A stretch of DNA of 64,000 nt, from contig CAWJZV010000017.1 of assembly GCA_963847445.1 (NCBI GenBank), forward strand, positions 96,001-160,000, written 5' to 3'. Source of the DNA: an uncultured delta proteobacterium (GTDB taxonomy: Bacteria; Desulfobacterota; Binatia; UBA9968). Below the pieces are notes generated by a model that saw only the letters and a program-made list of their open reading frames with translations, was not told the DNA's origin and did no database searches. Positions 57,631 to 64,000 of this stretch are shown here, one piece after another; positions within the stretch are counted from its first letter, which is position 1; every line of letters begins with the position of its first letter. Position numbers and translations under genes: made by a program.

Positions 57631-58616
57631 ATGGCCCGAATGAATTGGCGTATCCTAGTGGGTATCGATCGCGATGGTGGTTTTCAACCTTGGGGCCGCG
57701 GCTGGCGATCGGCCAAGAGAAGATCAAGTTTCCCGTCGGTGTCGGCACCAAGACGGTGGGCACCAACATGTTTTGGCTCGGAGTGAAGAAAGGTTTCTTC
57801 GATGAGGTCGGCTTGGATGTCCAGCCGGTCTTGTTGCGCGGTACGACGATTACCATTCAAGCGTTGGCGAGTGAGTCGTTGTATCTGGCGTTGGGTTCGA
57901 CCGATTTCACCATCGGCACGGCCGCGAGCAGCGCCGATTTGGTCGCGGTGAGCGGCGTGGTCAACGGCCTGACTCAAGCGATTGTCGCGTCGAAGCAATA
58001 CAAATCGCTCAAAGAACTGCGCGGAGCGACCATCGGCGTGCAAGTGCTGACGTCGGGGGCGACCAATGTTTTAAAGCGAATACTCAAGCAGCATGGCTTG
58101 GAATATCCGGCGGATTACAAGTTGCTTTCGGTGGGCGGCGGCAGCTTTAATCTGGCAGCGCTGACTTCAGGGCAGATCGGCGCAACCTATCTGGTCGTGC
58201 CGCTCGATTACACCGCGGAGCAGCAGGGTTTCAATATCCTCGGCTATTTCAAGGATTATTTTCCTAACTATCAACTTTCCGTGATCGCCGGAAAACGAAC
58301 CTGGGTGGAGAAAAACCGTGGGCTCTTGGTGCGTTATCTGAAAGCGACGGTGCGCACTCATCGCTGGCTCTACGCCAACAAAGAGGCGGCCATCGATTTT
58401 CTTGCCAAGGAAATGCCGCTCAAGCCTGACTTGGCGCGCCGCGGTTGGGAATATTACATCGCCAATCGCATCTGGCATCCGAACGCGGAGATTGACCTCG
58501 AAGGCTTAAAATTCACCATGCAGATTTACGCCGAACAGACCAAAGGCGCGGCGCCGGATCCGTTCAAATATATCGACCAGAGTTATTTGCAGCAGGCGAT
58601 CAAGGAACTGGGGTGA
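57631..58616 (+). CDS. ABC substrate-binding protein, paralogue of 51588 (frameshift in the signal region)
   Basis: QEKIKFPVGVGTKT, KKGFFDEVGLDVQPVLLRG; GAGG RBS before ATG 57631. Confidence 0.85.
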
Positions 58617-58642
58617 TCGACGGTTTCGGATTCAAAGTATTA

Positions 58643-58716
58643 ACGCAAAGAGCGCCAAGGGCGCAAGATGAATTCCAAGAGGAATTCCGGATGTAGGGGC
58701 GGGTTTGAAACCGCCC
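58643..58716. repeat. CGCAAAG units plus GTAG-REP (58693-58716)
   Basis: GTAGGGGCGGGTTTGAAACCGCCC, near-identical to 46548. Confidence 0.8.
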
Positions 58717-58748
58717 TCTTGGTTAACGATGACGCAGAAAGGAAACTA

Positions 58749-59879
58749 GTGGATCTGAATTCACTGCGGGTAGACTTGGTCGGCAGCTTACTGCGACCGG
58801 AAAAACTTAAACAGGCCTTTTCGGATTACGGCCAGGGTAAGGCGAGCGAAGCTGATTTAGCTAGCGCACAGGACGCGGCGATTGGCGATGTCGTCGCCAA
58901 ACAAGCGGCGCATAATCTGCCGATCGCCGTCGACGGTGAGTTTCGCCGCACCAGCTTTATGGAGTCGTTTGCCGTGGTCGCCGGTGTCGAGGAGTGGCAA
59001 GCCGGGGCGCGCAGCTATCATGAAATCCTCGCCCGTAAAGATGAGGGCAAGGAAGGCACGCATAAAGGCCAAGATCCGATCCTGCTCAATCGCAAGCGGG
59101 TCACCGCGCGGTTAAAGTTGATTCGCAATACCTTGGTCGACGATTTTCGCTTTGCCCAGAAATTAACCGACCGGCCAGTGAAAGTAACCTTGATCGGCCC
59201 GGATCGAATTCAGCAGTGCTACGATAGTGAAGCGTCGAAAGCCGTCTATCCATCGACCGATGAATTTTTGCGCGATGTGGTTTCAGTGGAGCGCCAGATG
59301 TTAAGTGAGCTGTCGCAAGCTGGCTGCCGCTACGTCGGTATCGATGGTCCCGGTTACACGGCCTATGTCGACCCCGACTCTATCGCCGCGATGCGCGCTA
59401 GGGGCGAGGAACCGATGGCGACCATGGAGCGGTCGATCGACGCCGACAACCAGGTGATCGCGAATTTCCCCGGCGTGACTTTCGGCATTCACATTTGCCG
59501 CGGCAACCGGCAAAGCATGTGGCATCGCGAAGGGAAATACGACGCCATCGCCGAGAAACTATTCAACGGCCTCAACCATCAACGTTTGCTGTTGGAATAC
59601 GACACGGCGCGCGCCGGCGGCTTCGAGCCGCTGCGGTTTGTTCCCAAGGGAAAAATCGCGGTGCTGGGTTTGATCACCACCAAAACGGGCCGGGTCGAGA
59701 CGGTGGACGAGTTGCGCCGCCGGATCGATGACGCGGCGCGCTTCCTGCCGTTGGATCAGTTGGCGCTGAGCCCGCAGTGCGGTTTTGCCTCGAGCATTCG
59801 CGGCAACCTGCTGAGCGAGGACGAGCAGTTTCGTAAGCTCGATGTCATGCTCGAAACGGCGCGGCGGGTTTGGGGTTAA
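58749..59879 (+). CDS. Cobalamin-independent methionine synthase II family protein
   Basis: VGSLLRP, DGEFRR, HICRGN, LEYD, SPQCGFAS zinc ligands. Confidence 0.92.
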   Translation: MDLNSLRVDLVGSLLRPEKLKQAFSDYGQGKASEADLASAQDAAIGDVVAKQAAHNLPIAVDGEFRRTSFMESFAVVAGVEEWQAGARSYHEILARKDEGKEGTHKGQDPILLNRKRVTARLKLIRNTLVDDFRFAQKLTDRPVKVTLIGPDRIQQCYDSEASKAVYPSTDEFLRDVVSVERQMLSELSQAGCRYVGIDGPGYTAYVDPDSIAAMRARGEEPMATMERSIDADNQVIANFPGVTFGIHICRGNRQSMWHREGKYDAIAEKLFNGLNHQRLLLEYDTARAGGFEPLRFVPKGKIAVLGLITTKTGRVETVDELRRRIDDAARFLPLDQLALSPQCGFASSIRGNLLSEDEQFRKLDVMLETARRVWG

Positions 59880-60005
59880 AAAAAAGTTCGTTCAAGGGTT
59901 CAAAAGTTCAAGGTTCAATGTTGGAATCCCAGTTGTAACTGAGGAATGTTGACCGTCCCTACCTAAACGCGCACTACTAGCTTTTCCTGATTCACCCCCG
60001 ACATC

Positions 60006-60863
60006 ATGCGCGCGAGTGATCTTATTCGGCTGGTGCTGCTCGCGGCGATCTGGGGCGGGTCGTTTGTTTTTCTGCGGGTGGTGGCGCCGGCATTGGGAGC
60101 GATCGTCACCGCCGACCTGCGCGTGCTGATCGCTTGGGGCGCGCTGACGATTTATTTCCGTGCCGTCGGCATCGATGTGGGTTGGCGGCGGTTCTGGCGC
60201 CAGTACCTCGTCATCGGCGCGTTCAATGCGGCGCTGCCATTTTTTCTATTCGCCTTTGCCGCTCTCCACATCCCGGCCTCTTACTCGGCGATTCTGAACG
60301 CGACCTCGCCATTCTTTGGCGCGCTGTTCGCTTGGTTGTGGCTTGGTGAGAAGATTACTTTTTTGAAAAGTGTGGGGTTTGTTTTCGGTATCGCCGGTGT
60401 CGGTCTTGTCACGGGTGTCGCTTCCGCTGCGGCAGGCGGTTCAACTAATTGGGCGATGGGCGCATGTCTGTTAGCGGCGATGAGTTACGGGTTCGTCAGC
60501 GTTTATACCAAGAAGTTCGCTGCCGCGGCAAATCCACGTGCGATCGCCGGCTGCAGCCAATTGATGGCGGGTTTATTATTGCTGCCGTTGACGCCGCTGG
60601 CGCCGCCACCAGGGCCGGTAACGGGTTTCATCGCGGTGAGTATGATCATTTTTGCGCTGTTGAGCAGCGGCGTGGCTTTTTTGCTCTACTTCCGCTTGAT
60701 CGCGGACATCGGCCCGACTAAATCGCTGACGGTCACATTTTTGATGCCGGTGTTCACGATGCTCTGGGCGTCGCTATTTCTTGGCGAGGGAGTGACTGCG
60801 GTGATGATATTCGGTTGCGCGCTGATCCTCGTGGGTACTGGGTTAGTGGTGATGCGGAGATAG
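60006..60863 (+). CDS. DMT/EamA family transporter
   Basis: LAAIWGGSF, about 10 TM segments, YFRLIADIGPT. Confidence 0.92.
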   Translation: MRASDLIRLVLLAAIWGGSFVFLRVVAPALGAIVTADLRVLIAWGALTIYFRAVGIDVGWRRFWRQYLVIGAFNAALPFFLFAFAALHIPASYSAILNATSPFFGALFAWLWLGEKITFLKSVGFVFGIAGVGLVTGVASAAAGGSTNWAMGACLLAAMSYGFVSVYTKKFAAAANPRAIAGCSQLMAGLLLLPLTPLAPPPGPVTGFIAVSMIIFALLSSGVAFLLYFRLIADIGPTKSLTVTFLMPVFTMLWASLFLGEGVTAVMIFGCALILVGTGLVVMRR

Positions 60864-60923
60864 AAAAAAGACCGAGGCAGAGAACCGCTCGGCGGGGCGG
60901 CTCTCAGCCTCAGGTCTTTTTTT
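60864..60923. terminator. Bidirectional rho-independent terminator
   Basis: AAAAAAGACC-GAGGC...GCCTC-AGGTCTTTTTTT between convergent genes. Confidence 0.75.
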
Positions 60924-60951
60924 GTCCTTTGTTGGTTTACTATCTATTCTC

Positions 60952-61428
60952 TCAGCGGCCGCGATCGCCGGCCTCGCGCATGCTCCACATGGGACGCTGG
61001 CGGGCGCAGAAACGGCGCGCGGCGTCGACCTGCTGGCGCGAGCCGTCGAGGTCTACCTGAACATTGAAACAGTGTTCGCGGCCGGTGTGGCGGAAGCCCT
61101 CAACGGCGGGAATCTCGAGCTCATTCACGCCAGGGCGCATATTGAAATTCCGAGTATGACCGACGATGTTATTGCCCTCACGGATCAGAATATCGGTTTC
61201 GCAATCGCGCCGGCCTTCGAAATTGACGCGTACCTTCCAGGCGCGAACCCGCTGGCCCTCGATAACTGGATCCGGCGACATATCGAGATCCTGAATATTT
61301 ATGCGATCGCCGCGCTGGCAACCGCGGCCGCCCCGGCGGTCCCCATCGGCCGCCATCGTTTCTGGCGTAACGTTCATCAGTAGGCTGCTGAGCACTCCGG
61401 TTAGAAATGCTGCTTTGATCCACGACAT
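60952..61428 (-). CDS. Secreted hypothetical beta-rich protein (158 aa)
   Basis: GGAGG RBS; signal peptide MSWIKAAFLTGVLSSLLMNVTPETMA; four Cys. Confidence 0.75.
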   Translation of the reverse strand: MSWIKAAFLTGVLSSLLMNVTPETMAADGDRRGGRGCQRGDRINIQDLDMSPDPVIEGQRVRAWKVRVNFEGRRDCETDILIREGNNIVGHTRNFNMRPGVNELEIPAVEGFRHTGREHCFNVQVDLDGSRQQVDAARRFCARQRPMWSMREAGDRGR

Positions 61429-61514
61429 ATGCTTTCCTCCTTCAAGGTTTTGTCTGTCAGTTAGACGTAAGAAACGAAAAATGGCTATAGCCGAGGCAAA
61501 ATTAAGCCCGACCC

Positions 61515-62241
61515 CTAGGGCGCCAAGCTTTCCATCAAACGGCCAAATCCTTTCACATTTTCCTTTATATCGATCAGTCTCATGGCGTACCAGCTGCACG
61601 CTAAGCTGCTGGTGATGACCGGTTTGCCGATTTCGTCTTCGAGGAGCTGGACGTCGGTGATCGTCGGCCAGCGCGGGCAGGGGATGAAAACACCATCGGC
61701 GTCGCGCGCTTTGGCGTAGAGCCGCTTGGCGATCTTGTACGAGGCGTGTACCGGCAGGTCGGTGAGCTGGGCGTTTTTGCGCACGCCGTAACCGGCGATC
61801 TGCAAGACTTCGAAGCCGCACTGTTCGAGATGGCGCTTGAGCCGTTGATTGATCTCGTCTTCGTAGGGCGTGCCGACGACGAGCTTTGTGCATTTCATCG
61901 CTTTGAGCGCTTCGACTTCGGCGGTCAAACCGGCGGCCACGGGAACTGCCGAACTTGTCGGAAAGTTTCTTGCCCAGTTCCCGATCGGCACCGAAGGGCA
62001 AGCGGGTGAACAGCGGCGAGCCGCTAAAGATTATCGAATCGCAGTTGTTGTCGACCAGGTCCTGGATCGCTTCTTCGATGCGGCTCAGTTGCGCCTCGAA
62101 GTCGCTGTCGACCAACTGGCGCACGGTGCCGGTGGTGTTGAGCATCATGAAGCCTTCGGGAAACATCTTGTAGAATTCGTAAACCAGGGTATCGCCGCGC
62201 GATGGGGCGACGTGACCGATGCGAGCGCGCCAGCCGTACAT
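61515..62241 (-). CDS. Asp/Glu racemase / maleate isomerase family protein (frameshift near 61950)
   Basis: MYGWRARIG, VGTPY, ADGVFIPC, GKPVITS. Confidence 0.85.
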
Positions 62242-62348
62242 AATTACCTCCTGCGGAGTTGTTCTAAGGTTCAAGGGTGCAAAAGTTCAAGGTCGGATTT
62301 GCTTTACTCAGTTCCAGCAGTTCCGATCGTTCCAGTCGTTCCATGGGA

Positions 62349-63236
62349 CTATGCAGGCCAGCCGTAGAGTTTTGCCGGGTTGGCGGCGAGAATTGCGTTG
62401 CGGATTGTTTTGTCCGGTACCGCGGTGACCAGGAAATCCAGCAGGTCGCCGTCGTCGGGCATCGGCACGGGCACGCCGCCATGGGGCCAGTTGCTACCCC
62501 AGACGATGTTGTCCGAGCGGTTAGCGACGATCGCCTGAATCACGTCAACCATGTCATGGTAATCCGGCGGGCCGGATTTTGATAGCTGATAGAAGCTGTA
62601 GAGATTGATCCAGGCGTGCTCTTGGTTTCTAAGTATCGTCAGCAGCTCGGCGAATTCACTATCCTCCCTGGTCATATGCGGCTCGGCGTGGGCGACATGG
62701 TCGAACAGGTAAGGGACTTTGAGAGAATTCAAGAATGGTACGGTGGCGATCACTTCGGCCATCGATTGCGACATGAACTCGACATGCCAATCGAAGCCGG
62801 CGCTGCGCTCGATCATTCTCCTGCTTTGCTCGAAGGACAGGCCGCCGCGGCCGTTGGCTTTAATCCGAAAGCCGCTGAAGCCGCCGTCTTTCAGTTCGCG
62901 CAGTTGTGCGTCGGTAATCGCCGGGTCGAGTAGCGCGAGACCTTTGAAGGCGCCGTTCATGCGCTTGAGCGCGTCCAGGGTGATGCGATTGTTAGTGCCA
63001 TTGCCACTGCCGGTGACGATGACGGCGCGTTCCAAGCCGAGAGCGCGATGAGTTTGCAAATAATCGTCCAGTGTCGAGTGCGGATCGGGATCGTAGCCAC
63101 GCTCGGCGACCAGCGGATAACGCTCGAACGGACCATAAACATGCAGATGGCAGTCGCAGGCGCCGGAAGGCAATTTATAGCGCGGCGCGTGGGGATTGGC
63201 GTTGGGCGGCTTTACCGGTCGCATGATGACCGCCAA
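62349..63236 (-). CDS. Amidohydrolase, LigI (PDC lactonase)-like
   Basis: GACDCHLHVYGP, LGLERAVIV, WHVE, WGSNWPH, NPAKLYGW. Confidence 0.88.
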   Translation of the reverse strand: MAVIMRPVKPPNANPHAPRYKLPSGACDCHLHVYGPFERYPLVAERGYDPDPHSTLDDYLQTHRALGLERAVIVTGSGNGTNNRITLDALKRMNGAFKGLALLDPAITDAQLRELKDGGFSGFRIKANGRGGLSFEQSRRMIERSAGFDWHVEFMSQSMAEVIATVPFLNSLKVPYLFDHVAHAEPHMTREDSEFAELLTILRNQEHAWINLYSFYQLSKSGPPDYHDMVDVIQAIVANRSDNIVWGSNWPHGGVPVPMPDDGDLLDFLVTAVPDKTIRNAILAANPAKLYGWPA

Positions 63237-63370
63237 TGTAATGCAAAAGCGGGATGAATATCCAGCGCATTTCTAGCCATTGGCGGTTTACGGCTTGACG
63301 GCGCGGGAGGTTTTGCTTAGCGTACTGCTTGATCAGTACACAGCAATCTCAAACTTGGCGGAGGTAAGTT

Positions 63371-64000
63371 ATGGCAGAAGCGAACCTGCAATTGTTCTTG
63401 TTGGGCGCGGAAAGACTGCTACGTTGCCGGTGGGACGGCCGGAGCGAAAACCTCGAGATTCTCAACAGCGCGATGGACGGCGAGACCGTGCGCGAGGTAG
63501 CGCGCGATCCATTCAATCCGAACAAACTCTATGCCGCGACGCTGACCGAGATCCATGTCAGCGAAAATAACGGTGACAGCTGGCAGTGGCTGCCTTCCGG
63601 CGGTATCGACTACCGGGATATTTGGACCATGGCGGTGCATCCGACGCGGCCTAATGAAATCTATGTAGGCACGCTGCCGGCGGCGGTTTACGTCAGCGAC
63701 AATGGCGGCCGGTCGTTTCGCGAACTGGCGGCGTTTCGTAATTTGCCCGACTACAACAAATGGACTTTCCCTCCCGGCGCCCATGTCGCCCATGCGCGCT
63801 CGATTGCGCTCGATGCGCGAGTGCCGGACGAGATCATTGTCGGAATCGAAGAGGGCGGCGTGGCGCGCAGCCGCGACCGCGGCGCGACTTGGGAAGATAT
63901 TAGCGGACCCGCAAGTCCGACGGCATTTCCCAAGATCAACGATCCAGCAGGCATCGTGCCTTACGAGATGGGCAGACATGAAGAGGGTCGTGTCTACCGC
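63371..64000 (+). CDS. BNR/Asp-box beta-propeller protein (YCF48/sialidase-like); runs off the right edge
   Basis: GGAGG RBS; MAEANLQL...; Asp-boxes SENNGDSW, SDNGGRSF, SRDRGATW. Confidence 0.8.
   Translation, partial: MAEANLQLFLLGAERLLRCRWDGRSENLEILNSAMDGETVREVARDPFNPNKLYAATLTEIHVSENNGDSWQWLPSGGIDYRDIWTMAVHPTRPNEIYVGTLPAAVYVSDNGGRSFRELAAFRNLPDYNKWTFPPGAHVAHARSIALDARVPDEIIVGIEEGGVARSRDRGATWEDISGPASPTAFPKINDPAGIVPYEMGRHEEGRVYR

Noticed and set aside
58617-58748. SAM or cobalamin riboswitch upstream of the methionine synthase II gene
   Set aside because: The leader is explained by CGCAAAG units and a GTAG-REP; no riboswitch consensus is recognisable.
60952-62274. 440-aa ORF as a racemase-secreted protein fusion
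   Set aside because: Artefact of a frameshift near 61950; the downstream gene has its own GGAGG RBS and signal peptide.

Overview
GC-rich bacterial window. Its gene content (many SsuA/NMT1- and TctC-type binding proteins, amidohydrolases, LLM monooxygenases, a Rieske oxygenase) resembles Ca. Binatota-like 'Deltaproteobacteria' (inference only). The left 8 kb is accessory: the 5' end of an NRPS with an MbtH gene, stacked IS21 and IS1182-like remnants that truncate a binding-protein gene, and an AAA-ATPase + S8 protease (IetAS-type) defence/TA pair. The rest is mostly catabolic and transport genes, with 13 substrate-binding proteins and no cognate permease. Best leads: (1) a secreted peroxiredoxin whose catalytic codon is UGA, followed 11 nt later by a SECIS-like hairpin (selenoprotein missed by the ORF track); (2) a metacaspase gene directly upstream of an endolysin-like PG-binding/GH19 gene, with no phage context; (3) a degenerate GIY-YIG-like domain apparently fused via a TM helix to a SPOR domain; (4) a complete sigma54 module (Cys-less LOV-like PAS activator, 19-bp palindrome, -24/-12 promoter, fasciclin target); (5) nested REP/MITE-like intergenic elements. 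About 13 genes carry frameshifts, most likely assembly indel errors. No rRNA, tRNA or CRISPR array was seen.
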